Of a stretch of DNA of 53,751 bases, positions 9,291 to 19,050 are shown one piece after another. A model generated the notes under the pieces. The model was given only the letters and a program-made list of their open reading frames with translations, was not told where the DNA came from and did not search any database. Every line of letters begins with the position of its first letter. The first letter of the stretch is position 1. The stretch is from a virus (lineage: Duplodnaviria > Heunggongvirae > Uroviricota > Caudoviricetes): the IMG/VR virus record IMGVR_UViG_2698536392_000015, positions 1-53,751 of that record; one strand, given 5' to 3'. The translations under genes were made by a program, and so were the position numbers.

Positions 9291-9711
9291 GCAGACTCTC
9301 CAAAAGACTCGAAGGAGTAAAGTATGGATAAAGATACTGGCTAAAATTATCAACCAATTCGCCAGTTTCTGGATGGTAAAAACTTCCTGTGTCTAAAGCA
9401 TAGGAAATAAGATCATCTTCAACTGGTATTGGTTCTTCCGTTAAATTATCAATGTATTGAAAATGCATATCCAATAGATGTGCTTTATAGCTAGATAAAT
9501 AATCAGTTGCTTTTATTAGCAGGATATAGTCATCTTTCGTATCAGTTAGATAGGTTAAACCATTGATAAGGGTTTTGTATGTAAAGTGATTGATATTTTT
9601 AGCATCTTTACTAACCAGAAAAAGAAAAAGATCACGACACACACTGCGAACAGGATCATTAAAATCCTGCTCTATTTGCGTGATAATGTCGTGATATATA
9701 CTCTTTTTCAT
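9283..9711 (-). CDS. Hypothetical protein (142 aa), gene 2 of the operon
   Basis: ATGA start/stop overlap with gene 1; AT-rich; no recognisable motif. Confidence 0.5.
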   Translation of the reverse strand: MKKSIYHDIITQIEQDFNDPVRSVCRDLFLFLVSKDAKNINHFTYKTLINGLTYLTDTKDDYILLIKATDYLSSYKAHLLDMHFQYIDNLTEEPIPVEDDLISYALDTGSFYHPETGELVDNFSQYLYPYFTPSSLLESLHE

Positions 9712-10799
9712 TTATGGCCTGATGATCTCGCTCTTCTTTTCTCTTCACAGGACTTAACAGAATCCAATATTTTTTCAACAATAAATATAATCGAATCAAT
9801 GTTGTTACAGTTCTTCGCAATTGCTTCATGCAACCTAATTCTAGGATTATCAAGCATTGTCCTTTTTCCTGGTAATATTAACTCTACTGATAAAATATGT
9901 GAAGAACTTTGTGGTAAATCCCAAATTTTTCCCAACTTAAACTTTGTCAATATTGGGCTTGCGGACTCTCCACTATGATGGTAAACATCTTGACGCAAAC
10001 ACTTTTGACTTGGTTTGAGTTTTAAAGAACTTGTATTGCCATCTGAGGTGATAAAAGATACATGAGAAATTCTGCCATCTACTTTTTCGTAAAGAACTTG
10101 TATTGAACCAAATAATTCAAGAGGATTGTTTAAAATAACGCCAGCTTCTTTTTTTATAAATTTAGCCACAAGGTATTGTTGAGGCTGTGATTCACTTCTT
10201 GGAAGGATAGATAAATCAATCGTAAGAATTAATATTTTTTCTGCAGGCATTAGCATGATGGTATTAAAGCATTGCGTGACTTGGCGTGTTTTGCATTTTA
10301 TTTCTCCACCATTAGCACGTAATTCCATACCCGCATCGCTAAGATGTGTTGGGTCAAGCTCTATCACTTCAGTGTAATACGCTTTGGATAAAAAAACAGC
10401 AGTGTCAATTTGTTTATCACGAATGATATCTTGACGTAGTTCAGCAAAATGCAGCTCAGTATCAGCAACTAACAGCTCCTCTCTGGATAAAGGAGTTGGG
10501 TATTTTTCTGAGAAGGGGCTATTGTCCTTTTTCTGATTTGTGAAAATTGTTTGTAATTTTGCTACGTCTTCATCGGTGATTCTATAAATAGAAAGTAATC
10601 GATTCCCGCTAAAAATTAAACCTTTCCAGAAATCGTCGATTCTGTCTTTTAGGTCGGGATTATGCTGAACTACACTATTTACACGTTCAATAAAAAGGGG
10701 TAATCCTTGGGCCGTTACACCCAGTGATGAACCAAGAAGCTTACGGGTGTTGCGCCAGCCAAAGCGTGAATTGATGTTTTTTACTGTTTGCTCAAGCAT
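9708..10799 (-). CDS. Hypothetical protein (363 aa), gene 1 of the operon
   Basis: ATG at 10799 with AGGAAG RBS 5 nt upstream; no nucleotide-binding or other recognisable motif. Confidence 0.5.
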   Translation of the reverse strand: MLEQTVKNINSRFGWRNTRKLLGSSLGVTAQGLPLFIERVNSVVQHNPDLKDRIDDFWKGLIFSGNRLLSIYRITDEDVAKLQTIFTNQKKDNSPFSEKYPTPLSREELLVADTELHFAELRQDIIRDKQIDTAVFLSKAYYTEVIELDPTHLSDAGMELRANGGEIKCKTRQVTQCFNTIMLMPAEKILILTIDLSILPRSESQPQQYLVAKFIKKEAGVILNNPLELFGSIQVLYEKVDGRISHVSFITSDGNTSSLKLKPSQKCLRQDVYHHSGESASPILTKFKLGKIWDLPQSSSHILSVELILPGKRTMLDNPRIRLHEAIAKNCNNIDSIIFIVEKILDSVKSCEEKRRARSSGHK

Positions 10800-11145
10800 T
10801 AACACTTCCTTAATTTTCCCTTAACAATTTAGGGTGCTAAACTTTTTTGCGCAGTTTACATAAAAAAATAGTGCGTACGCAAAAACTATCTAACATGATG
10901 AGCTTTAACCGGGAAATTTGTATATGTTGTGAGCATAAAGTTGGCTGAGAAATCTAAAACGGGTAGAATGACTGCGGGTGCTTGAGGCTATCTGTCTCAG
11001 GCATGAACACCAAAAGGCAGATAGAGAAAAGCCCCAGTTAACATTACGCGTCCGGCAAGACGCTTAACATTAATCTGAGGCCATATCTATGCTCTACACA
11101 CGTAGGTTAGCCTCTTACGTGCCGAAAGGCAAGGAGAAGCAGGCT

Positions 11146-11301
11146 ATGAAGCAGCAAAAGGCGATGTTAATCGCCCTGATCGTCATCTGTTTAACCGTCA
11201 TAGTGACGGCACTGGTAACGAGGAAAGACCTCTGCGAGGTACGAATCCGAACCGGCCAGACGGAGGTCGCTGTCTTCACAGCTTACGAACCTGAGGAGTA
11301 A
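11146..11301 (+). CDS. hokD: Hok-family membrane toxin
   Basis: Protein MKQQKAMLIALIVICLTVIVTALVTRKDLCEVRIRTGQTEVAVFTAYEPEE matches HokD/RelF as I recall it; AAGGAG RBS; upstream in-frame extension is mok-like. Confidence 0.85.
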   Translation: MKQQKAMLIALIVICLTVIVTALVTRKDLCEVRIRTGQTEVAVFTAYEPEE

Positions 11302-11370
11302 GAGACCCGGCGAGGGAGAAATCCCTCGCCACCTCTGATGTGGCAGGCATCCTCAACGCACCCGCACTTA

Positions 11371-11398
11371 ACCCGCTTCGGCGGGTTTTTGTTTTTAT
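11371..11398 (+). terminator. Rho-independent terminator after hokD
   Basis: Hairpin ACCCGCTTCGGCGGGT followed by a T-run. Confidence 0.6.
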
Positions 11399-11517
11399 TT
11401 TCAACGCGTTTGAAGTTCTGGACGGTGCCGGAATAGAATCAAAAATACTTAAGTAGCGCGCAGGGATAAGAGGGATGGTCCCTTAAAGGGGAGAGCTAAT
11501 TATCCGGAAGGATTCTG

Positions 11518-11769
11518 ATGATGAACATCGAAGAACTGCGTAAAATTTTTTGTGAAGATGGCCTCTATGCTGTGTGCGTTGAAAATGGAAATCTTGTTAG
11601 TCATTACCGCATTATGTGTTTGCGAAAGAATGGGGCTGCGTTAATTAATTTTGTGGATGCTCGGGTCACGGACGGATTTATCTTGCGCGAAGGTGAGTTT
11701 GTCACTTCATTACAGGCATTGAAAGAGATCGGAATAAAAGCTGGCTTTTCTGCTTTTTCAGGAGAATAA
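11518..11769 (+). CDS. Rem-like small protein (83 aa)
   Basis: Track ORF; size and position after hokD match rem of Qin-like prophages (positional inference only). Confidence 0.45.
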   Translation: MMNIEELRKIFCEDGLYAVCVENGNLVSHYRIMCLRKNGAALINFVDARVTDGFILREGEFVTSLQALKEIGIKAGFSAFSGE

Positions 11770-11835
11770 ACTCATCTACAATCTTGCGCGGGGCTGAACT
11801 CCCGCTGAGTAACACCGTGCCACCGGAGAAAACCG

Positions 11836-12114
11836 ATGGCACGCAACGCAAAATATTACAATTCTGATAATTCGCCCGTTCTTGCCTGCACGCACGGGCG
11901 GTATTCTCACGCATTCAAGTCTGAATGGTTCCAGCACCCTCCATGCACTGCAGAACAGGCCGAATGGCTGATTCATTCTTACCGCAGGCGCGGGTTCGAG
12001 GTTAAGAAAGCTCTCAGTCTCGACTATCGGCACTGGATAATCTCTGTCAGGCTGCCTTATTCCGACCGCCCACCACGTGCGTCCCGCACTTTCCAGCAAC
12101 GGATCTGGAGGTAA
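11836..12114 (+). CDS. Hypothetical ORF, possibly a frameshifted 5' part of the next coding region
   Basis: Coding-like for most of its length; overlaps 12077..12433 in another frame. Confidence 0.3.
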   Translation: MARNAKYYNSDNSPVLACTHGRYSHAFKSEWFQHPPCTAEQAEWLIHSYRRRGFEVKKALSLDYRHWIISVRLPYSDRPPRASRTFQQRIWR

Positions 12115-12430
12115 CGTGCGGGTATTACTTAGACCTGTTCTGGTGCCTGAGCTTGGGCTGGTGGTCCTTAAGCCGGGCCGTGAATCCATACAGATATTTC
12201 ATAATCCTCGAGTGCTGGTGGAACCGGAACCAAAAAGCATGCGTAATCTGCCATCCGGAGTCGTTCCTGCCGTTCGCCAGCCGCTGGCGGAAGACAAAAC
12301 ATTGCTGCCGTTTTTTAGTAACGAACGGGTGATTCGTGCTGCTGGCGGCGTTGGCGCATTGTCCGACTGGCTATTACGTCATGTTACATCCTGCCAGTGG
12401 CCTAATGGCGATTACCATCATGTAACCAAG
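12077..12430 (+). pseudogene. Coding-like ORF running into the Mu-like left end, probably a host prophage gene disrupted by the insertion
   Basis: ORF stays open up to the junction and stops just inside the Mu-like end; C-terminal region is protein-like. Confidence 0.35.
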
Positions 12431-12600
12431 TGAATCATTTGATACCGACAAGGGTTTTAGTGAAAGGAGGTGAAATCACCTGTAAGATGCTGAAATAAAA
12501 CAGGTGATGTATAGTTCGGACGGAAAACTCTTTTTGATACCGACTGCTCAACAAATAGTCAAAAGATCAAAAAACGGCGACACATTTGATACTGCTAATT
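12431..12600. repeat. Left-end transposase-binding repeats (attL, L1-L3 like)
   Basis: TTTGATACCGAC at 12438 and 12533, TTTGATACTGC at 12585; spacing resembles Mu L1/L2/L3. Confidence 0.6.
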
Positions 12601-12776
12601 TACCCTTAAAATCTTCTTCAAAACATCTTCAAACTGCCAAAATGCTCACATAATCGATCTAACTATAATCAGTATGATAATCATCATGAATTACTATTCA
12701 ATAGCGTGATTATCTTGGGATGAGTCATATGATCTCTATATGTATTTACAGCACCACCTCATGATAGCGATGGCGC

Positions 12777-13388
12777 TTAACCAACAACATTTTTCTTTAC
12801 TGTCACTGCCCCTGATTCCTGGGTGGCGTTATTGCTCGAGTTGTACTTCTCAATAACGCGCAAAATCTCTTTGTCTGTTTCTTCACTTCCCGCCATTCCT
12901 ATCTTTATTGCATTTTTTAGTACGGGACGTAATGGCAAGGCATCAATGATGCTTTCTACCGCATCCTGGCTGATTGTAGATGTATTCATTGCTGCCAGCC
13001 TGACAAGGTTGTTAGTACCTTCTCGCCTGATGAATGTAAGGATTAATTGCTTCTCTTGGGGGCTTAGAGAGCTAAGCGCCTGATCAATACCCGAACCTGA
13101 ATCGCAATTATTTTCGATTTTTCCGCATTCATCTTCGTTCTTGCCTGTGGCCAACCATTCGAGTGAACAATTACAGGCTTTAGCTATTAAGGCCAGTTTA
13201 TCCAAAGGAGGGAAGTTTTTCCCCTTCCTGTAATTTCTTACTGTGGCTTCAGATAGTCCACAAAGGGTCGCCAGTTCGACGTTTGTCATGTCTCCCATAG
13301 CCATAGCTAAGCGTTCTGAAAATCGGTTTATTCCTTCCATATCAATAAACCGTTCCGCACTGGATACGGTTTTTTCTGCCTTATCCAT
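12777..13388 (-). CDS. Mu-like prophage repressor (XRE-type HTH)
   Basis: HTH (MTNVELATLCGLSEATVRNYRKGK); leftward gene at the left end, divergent from ner. Confidence 0.7.
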   Translation of the reverse strand: MDKAEKTVSSAERFIDMEGINRFSERLAMAMGDMTNVELATLCGLSEATVRNYRKGKNFPPLDKLALIAKACNCSLEWLATGKNEDECGKIENNCDSGSGIDQALSSLSPQEKQLILTFIRREGTNNLVRLAAMNTSTISQDAVESIIDALPLRPVLKNAIKIGMAGSEETDKEILRVIEKYNSSNNATQESGAVTVKKNVVG

Positions 13389-13544
13389 ATAACCCCCTAT
13401 AAAACAAAGAAATTATCGATATCGCATTTAATTTCGATGCGCTCGCAAAAAACCGTTGATATCGAATTATTTTGCGATTATGATTTACCTAAATCGATAA
13501 CCGGTTTTGATTATCGGTTCAGGTAAACATGAGAGGATCACACA
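13389..13544. promoter_or_regulatory. Operator/early promoter region between repressor and ner
   Basis: Multiple CGATA/TATCG-centred repeats (ATCGATATCG, TTGATATCGAAT, AATCGATAACC, GATTATCGG). Confidence 0.5.
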
Positions 13545-13811
13545 ATGAGGGTATCCAGACAAGCATCGAATAATTTGTTTGTTCGAGAGGGGTGTGACTG
13601 GTCTGCTAAAGCGGTATATGCAGCCCTTGAAAACAAAGGCACAGACCTCCCTGAACTGGAAAGGGAGTTAGGATTAAAAAGCGGATCAATGCGCAATGTG
13701 TTTTACCGCCAGTGCCGTAAATACGAAGCCGCCATCGCCGAAAAAATAGGGGTTGAACCTGCTGTAATCTGGCCCAGCAGATACCAGGTGGACGCCAGAG
13801 AAGTGGCTTGA
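13545..13811 (+). CDS. ner: Ner-like DNA-binding protein
   Basis: C-terminal ...AVIWPSRYQ motif as in Mu Ner; position between repressor and transposase. Confidence 0.7.
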   Translation: MRVSRQASNNLFVREGCDWSAKAVYAALENKGTDLPELERELGLKSGSMRNVFYRQCRKYEAAIAEKIGVEPAVIWPSRYQVDAREVA

Positions 13812-13821
13812 TGGGGGATGT

Positions 13822-15912
13822 ATGTGGGTAACAGCAAAAGAATGTGTTGGTCTTCCTGATTTACCAATGATGGAACATAACATTCGCCATCGACTCACAA
13901 AAGCAGCTGCGGGAAATGCAGCCATGTTACGCAAACGTAAGGGGACAAAAGCAATCGAATTTAATATCGATTGTTTGCCTTCTGGCGCGCAACAAGTATT
14001 GCGTGAACGTTATGCCCTTCAACTGATGACGCAAAAAGCCGATGAATCACCGGCTCCGGTGGTGACAAAGGCCAGACGCTCGCCTGCCGTGGTTGATGCG
14101 GTGGAGGCATATCGCGGATCACCACAACTGATGGTTGAACGCCTTAATGCCCTGACTGAAAACCAGCGCCAGGTGGCTGATGCACGAATCGCGATCGTCA
14201 GCGAAGTGATGAAAGTCGCGCAACAACCCGGTTTCAGCTGTGCGAAAGCTATCCGGTTTATCGTTGACAACCTGGCACGTTCGCAGCTGGACGAGCGCAT
14301 TGTGGCAATGGTTGAGACGGCGAACGCCAAAAAGGGAAACAGCCGCGCGTTGAGTGAAATCACGCTGAAACGCTGGATTGCAGCCTTTAACAAGGCGCAG
14401 AACGCCGCCGAACGCCTGCTTTTACTGGCACCGGGTAAGCGCCAGGAAATAAAAGCCGAAGATATTAACTGGCTGCCCGAATTTCTGGCGCAGTATCGCC
14501 AGTCAAACGGCCGACCAATGACCGAGGCTTACGAGGATTTTGTCGCTGAATGGCAGCACCGGCACGCTGATGAGCCTTATATGCTCGATATCATGCCGTC
14601 TTATGACACCATTCGCCGCGCAATGAAGAAACTGCCGGAAGTGGTGAAACAAAAAGGCCGGGTGACCGGCAGTGAATACCGCCAGCTTGAGGGATTCACG
14701 CGCCGCGACTGGTCAAAAATGCCGGTGAATTATGTCTGGATTGGTGACGGTCACGGCATGAAGCTGAAATGCGCACACCCGGTTCACGGTCGGCCATTTG
14801 CACCGGAAGTGACCTTTGTTATCGACGGTGGCACGCGCTTTGTGGTGGGCTGGAGCCTTGACCTGGCTGAAAATGTTTTCGCCGTAGCCGGTGCCATACA
14901 GCACGGCATTCGCCATCACGGCAAACCGTTTCTGTATTACTCGGATAACGGCTCCGGGGAAACCGCCGACATCCTGGATAAGGAGGTTGTGGGGATACTG
15001 CCGCGACTGGGGATTAATCACCCGACCGGGATTGCCGGTAATCCGCAGGGACGAGGCATTATCGAACGGCTTAACCGCACATTACCGATGCGCATAGCCC
15101 GTAAATACCGCACCTATTTCGGGAAAGGTGCAGATCGCGAGACGTTACGCAAAACCAACCGCGATTTACGCTCGGCATTTACTGCCCTGCAACAGGGCAA
15201 ACGGCTGAACGCCCGGCAGCAGTCAGCGATGCGTGATTTACCGTCCTGGTCTGAACTGATTGATGCCATTCGTGACGGTGTTGAGTGGTACAACAACCGG
15301 CCGCACGATGAATTACCCATGAAGCCGAACGGGAAACATTACAGCCCGGCGGAGTTCAGAAAAAAACGCCTGGCGGAAGAGGACACTGAAATTGAATGGC
15401 TGTCCGATGTTGAGCTGCGGGATATGTTCCGGCCGATGGTGGAACGCCCTGTAAGACGCTGTGAAATACGCTGGCTGAATAATATTTACTACGCGCCCGA
15501 GCTGCGTGACGAGCATGGCCGCAAGGTGCTTATCAGCTATGACATTCATGATGCCGAACGAATTACCGTTCGTCGCCCGGATGGCAGCGTGATTTGCGAG
15601 GCGGTATGGGACGGCAATAAACGCGAAGCCTTCCCGGTCAGCGCGGAATACTACAAACAGCAGCAGCGCCTTAAAGGTATGCGTAAACGCGCAGAGGAAA
15701 AAATCCGTGATGCCGAGGATGAGGTTGTCAACGTGCTGGAGCACAAGCCGCAGGAGCCATGGCTGGAAAACATATACCGCCCTGTGGGTAATACGGTGAC
15801 CGTTCAGCGACCAGCCGTTGATGATGAACCTGATGAAGAATACGAGCGTAATTTCCAGCGGGGATTGCAGTTGCTGGAAGCGAAATTAAAAGAAAATGAC
15901 CCGCTGGCCTGA
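13822..15912 (+). CDS. Mu-type DDE transposase
   Basis: 696 aa; N-terminal WVTAKECVGLPDLP resembles the MuA N-terminus; position and size match MuA. Confidence 0.9.
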   Translation: MWVTAKECVGLPDLPMMEHNIRHRLTKAAAGNAAMLRKRKGTKAIEFNIDCLPSGAQQVLRERYALQLMTQKADESPAPVVTKARRSPAVVDAVEAYRGSPQLMVERLNALTENQRQVADARIAIVSEVMKVAQQPGFSCAKAIRFIVDNLARSQLDERIVAMVETANAKKGNSRALSEITLKRWIAAFNKAQNAAERLLLLAPGKRQEIKAEDINWLPEFLAQYRQSNGRPMTEAYEDFVAEWQHRHADEPYMLDIMPSYDTIRRAMKKLPEVVKQKGRVTGSEYRQLEGFTRRDWSKMPVNYVWIGDGHGMKLKCAHPVHGRPFAPEVTFVIDGGTRFVVGWSLDLAENVFAVAGAIQHGIRHHGKPFLYYSDNGSGETADILDKEVVGILPRLGINHPTGIAGNPQGRGIIERLNRTLPMRIARKYRTYFGKGADRETLRKTNRDLRSAFTALQQGKRLNARQQSAMRDLPSWSELIDAIRDGVEWYNNRPHDELPMKPNGKHYSPAEFRKKRLAEEDTEIEWLSDVELRDMFRPMVERPVRRCEIRWLNNIYYAPELRDEHGRKVLISYDIHDAERITVRRPDGSVICEAVWDGNKREAFPVSAEYYKQQQRLKGMRKRAEEKIRDAEDEVVNVLEHKPQEPWLENIYRPVGNTVTVQRPAVDDEPDEEYERNFQRGLQLLEAKLKENDPLA

Positions 15913-15983
15913 AATAAAAAAATAACCCGAGCGGCGACTCAGGTTATTTGATTAAACAAGGTATCAAATGAGAGGTTAATAAT

Positions 15984-16916
15984 ATGACTGATATTAACGA
16001 TGTAATCAAGACCATTGATGAACTTATTGATGGCGGCGTACTGACGCAGTATGCCATCGCCAGAGAGGCGGGAATTTCCGACGGCACATTATCGGCTTTC
16101 CGTAAGGGAAAATATAAAGGCGATAACGCTGCTGTGGCTGCTTCCCTGTGTTCCTGGTATGAGAACTGGAATAAACAAAGCGCACTGCCGGAACCGCCGC
16201 AGTTTGTGGAAACGCAGACAGTCCAGGAGCTGCGCGCGCTGTTTCAGGCGGTTCGCCTGATGGGCTGTATTAACGTTATTGTGGGCGTGCCGGGGGTAGG
16301 TAAAACGGCCACCGCCCGTAATTACTGCCAGGAGCAACCAAACACCTGGATGATCACCCTGTCTCCCGCGCATTCCAGCGTCACGGAGTGTCTGCTGGAG
16401 CTGGCCGATGCGCTGGGGATTGATTACACCCGCGCGAACAAGGGGGCATTATCCCGCGCCATCCGCCGTCGCCTGATGGGAACGCGTGGACTGGTGATTG
16501 TGGATGAGGCGGATCATCTTGGTATTGACGGTCTGGAGCAACTCCGGGCAATTCAGGACGCCACGGGGATCGGGATGGTGCTTATTGGTAACCCGCGCGG
16601 ATTGTTTAAAGGTGGACGCCGCGCCTTTGATGATTTATCGCGCCTGTTCAGCCGTCTTGCCCGTACAAAACAACTTCGCAAGGCCAAAAAGGCGGATGTG
16701 CTGGCCATTGCCAGGGCGTGGGGTATCAGTGGTGAGGCCGAGCTGGCTGTCATGCAGGCTATCGCTGAAAAACCGGGAGCATTACGTGTTTTGACGCATA
16801 CGCTTAACCAGGCGTGGATCACCGCCAGCGGTGAAGGTGCGGCGCTGACAGAAAAACATATTAATGCGGCTTTTAAAGAGGTTTACACCAACCCTGAATT
16901 ACTCTCGCAGGTGTGA
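15984..16916 (+). CDS. MuB-like AAA+ ATPase transposition protein
   Basis: Walker A GVPGVGKT, Walker B LVIVDEAD; follows the transposase gene. Confidence 0.9.
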   Translation: MTDINDVIKTIDELIDGGVLTQYAIAREAGISDGTLSAFRKGKYKGDNAAVAASLCSWYENWNKQSALPEPPQFVETQTVQELRALFQAVRLMGCINVIVGVPGVGKTATARNYCQEQPNTWMITLSPAHSSVTECLLELADALGIDYTRANKGALSRAIRRRLMGTRGLVIVDEADHLGIDGLEQLRAIQDATGIGMVLIGNPRGLFKGGRRAFDDLSRLFSRLARTKQLRKAKKADVLAIARAWGISGEAELAVMQAIAEKPGALRVLTHTLNQAWITASGEGAALTEKHINAAFKEVYTNPELLSQV

Positions 16917-17140
16917 TTATGGCGGTATTTAATATTCCTGATATTTACGGGCGCTTTTACCTGGTTAATTTCGATAACGTCAAAGCAGTCTCCATGTCTG
17001 ACAGTGAAGAATGTGGCGATTTACTCTTTGAATTTAATGATCGCACCCGAATGGCAATATCGGCAGGGCTTGATCGTGAAGGTGCGAAAGAAGCTTACAG
17101 CAATATTTGTCGCTTTATCGGTGCAAGACGGGTTAGTTAA
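16913..17140 (+). CDS. Hypothetical early protein (75 aa), in the position of Mu kil
   Basis: Track ORF overlapping MuB stop; positional inference only. Confidence 0.4.
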   Translation: MIMAVFNIPDIYGRFYLVNFDNVKAVSMSDSEECGDLLFEFNDRTRMAISAGLDREGAKEAYSNICRFIGARRVS

Positions 17141-17152
17141 ACGAGGTGTTAT

Positions 17153-17575
17153 ATGAATACGCAGATACAGCAGGAAATTAATGCTCTCCATCACTTTCAC
17201 AGGCAGAACGACAATGCCGGAGTGGTTTGTGATTATATCTGGACGTCGATAAACAGAAGCACTGGCGTATGTTTCCTGTGTCTGGACGTATATCAGTTGT
17301 ATGCCGACCTGCAACCTGAATCCATCCGGCGCCGTTTTAATGGTGAGTGCTTTAATGAGGATGTCTGGGAAGGCCTGCGCTTTGGTTTTCTGATTATGGA
17401 TGATTATCGCCAGGGGTGGCGACATAGTTACTCCATTCTTCGGGCAATCATGCGTGGCGAAACCCGAAAAATGCCGGGGATGGGTAAGGTTAATCGCGGC
17501 CTCCTGTTAGAGATAGCAGCAGCGCACATGAATCCATTACTGATACAACCGGAGTTTACTTATGAATTTGTTTGA
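17153..17575 (+). CDS. Hypothetical early-region protein (140 aa)
   Basis: Track ORF. Confidence 0.4.
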   Translation: MNTQIQQEINALHHFHRQNDNAGVVCDYIWTSINRSTGVCFLCLDVYQLYADLQPESIRRRFNGECFNEDVWEGLRFGFLIMDDYRQGWRHSYSILRAIMRGETRKMPGMGKVNRGLLLEIAAAHMNPLLIQPEFTYEFV

Positions 17576-17792
17576 TTCACTGAATAACGCCCGTCGCCTG
17601 ACCGAGCTTGCCGGTGCGGTACTGGAACGCAGTAAGCGCTATCCGCAACGTTTTGCACTGAAAACCACGCCGCCGGTAGGCGAGGTTCAGGGGAGTGGTG
17701 AAGAAATTGAAATCACCGTTAAGACCAACGGCCTGCGCCGCCGTGTGAAGGCCACCCGCATAAGCGGATGCACGGTTTACTGGGAAGTATGA
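17562..17792 (+). CDS. Hypothetical early-region protein (76 aa)
   Basis: Track ORF overlapping the previous stop. Confidence 0.35.
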   Translation: MNLFDSLNNARRLTELAGAVLERSKRYPQRFALKTTPPVGEVQGSGEEIEITVKTNGLRRRVKATRISGCTVYWEV

Positions 17793-17866
17793 AGTTACTT
17801 CATGGTTCGGCTCTGTCATCAGGCCAGACGCCGGGTCAGTTATCCGAACAAAACGAGGACCAGAGG

Positions 17867-18139
17867 ATGAGTAAAGTCGTACGCATTATTTTCGAATACA
17901 AGGAAGATGTTATCTGCAAAAACTCTGATGGCAGCACGCACAGAGGGGTAAGTCTGGATATACGTTCAACCGGAATAAAGAAGAAAGATAATGGACCCGC
18001 CATGATTTTTGGGGTGGTTATGCTGGCAGAAAGCAGAAACTTCGCAGAGCTTGTGGCAATGAAAGCCAGTGCATTCATGAAAGACAGGGGTATGGCTTCC
18101 GGGGTTATTAACGGTAATGAATTTAATCAGCAGGGGTAA
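17867..18139 (+). CDS. Hypothetical small protein (90 aa)
   Basis: ATG 17867 with GAGGA RBS; N-terminus MSKVVRIIFEY resembles the next gene. Confidence 0.4.
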   Translation: MSKVVRIIFEYKEDVICKNSDGSTHRGVSLDIRSTGIKKKDNGPAMIFGVVMLAESRNFAELVAMKASAFMKDRGMASGVINGNEFNQQG

Positions 18140-18143
18140 TTCC

Positions 18144-18437
18144 ATGAGCAAAGTACGCGTTATTTTTGAATTTGAGCATGTTTCGCATGACGAAAAGCTG
18201 GCAGGCAATGACTGTGTTGAAGTGCATGAAAAGATTGGAGTGAATGTGAAAACAGAACGTGATACGGAGAACAGCCCGACGTCACTCTGTGATGTTTATG
18301 CAAGTATTCTCCAGTATCACAGTCCTGTAATTATTCAGTTTCTCTCAGCGGAATTTCAGGCATCTGTACAGGCTTTTGGGGCGGATGCCATCATTAAACG
18401 CCACCGTGTGCATAAAGCATCAGGCACACTGCAATAA
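18144..18437 (+). CDS. Hypothetical small protein (97 aa), possible paralogue of the previous gene
   Basis: ATG 18144; N-terminus MSKVRVIFEFE. Confidence 0.4.
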   Translation: MSKVRVIFEFEHVSHDEKLAGNDCVEVHEKIGVNVKTERDTENSPTSLCDVYASILQYHSPVIIQFLSAEFQASVQAFGADAIIKRHRVHKASGTLQ

Positions 18438-18447
18438 GGAAAACAAA

Positions 18448-18978
18448 ATGGTTAAACGTGTTACAAAATTAAAGGCCGCAGCCGAGGCTGCACCGCAGAC
18501 CCGCGAAGAAGTCAGCCGCGATATCCGCACCCTGGGCGATATTCAGCGAGAGGCGCTGCGCCTGGAAACGGCAATGAATGATGAAGTGGCAGAAATCACC
18601 GCCCGTTATACGCCGCAGATTGAAAACCTTAAAAAAGAAATCAAAGTGCTTTTTAAAGGGATTCATGACTGGTGTAAAACCAACCGCAATGAGCTGACGA
18701 ACGGCGGCGAAACCAAAACTGCCAATCTGACCACCGGAACGGTGTCATGGCGGCTGGGAAATCCATCATGCAGCGTCAGTCGTGATGTGGAAGGTGTGAT
18801 TGAAATGCTGCGTCGTATGGGGCTTGAGCGCTTCATCCGCACGAAAGAGGAAGTGAATAAGCAAGCTGTCCTGGCAGAGCCGGATGCGGTGAAAGGGATT
18901 GCTGGTATTAAGGTGAATAAAGGCGCTGAAAGTTTTCATGTCGAGCCTTTTGAACAGGACGCCGGACTGAATAAATAA
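18448..18978 (+). CDS. gam: Host-nuclease inhibitor Gam (Mu-type)
   Basis: Strong resemblance to Mu Gam as recalled (GDIQREALRLETAMND, ELTNGGETKTANLTTGTVSWR, RFIRTKEEVNK); RBS AAGGAA. Confidence 0.85.
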   Translation: MVKRVTKLKAAAEAAPQTREEVSRDIRTLGDIQREALRLETAMNDEVAEITARYTPQIENLKKEIKVLFKGIHDWCKTNRNELTNGGETKTANLTTGTVSWRLGNPSCSVSRDVEGVIEMLRRMGLERFIRTKEEVNKQAVLAEPDAVKGIAGIKVNKGAESFHVEPFEQDAGLNK

Positions 18979-19050
18979 CACCGCATTAAATCTTTAAATA
19001 TCACATCGTTTTAATTATGGCGCTTGCGTCAGGGGACTGCTCGCGCCTGA

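Noticed and set aside
9586-9978. Track ORFs 9586..9978 (+) and 9659..9853 (-)
   Set aside because: Antisense or off-frame to the coupled three-gene operon; no RBS; AT-rich chance ORFs.
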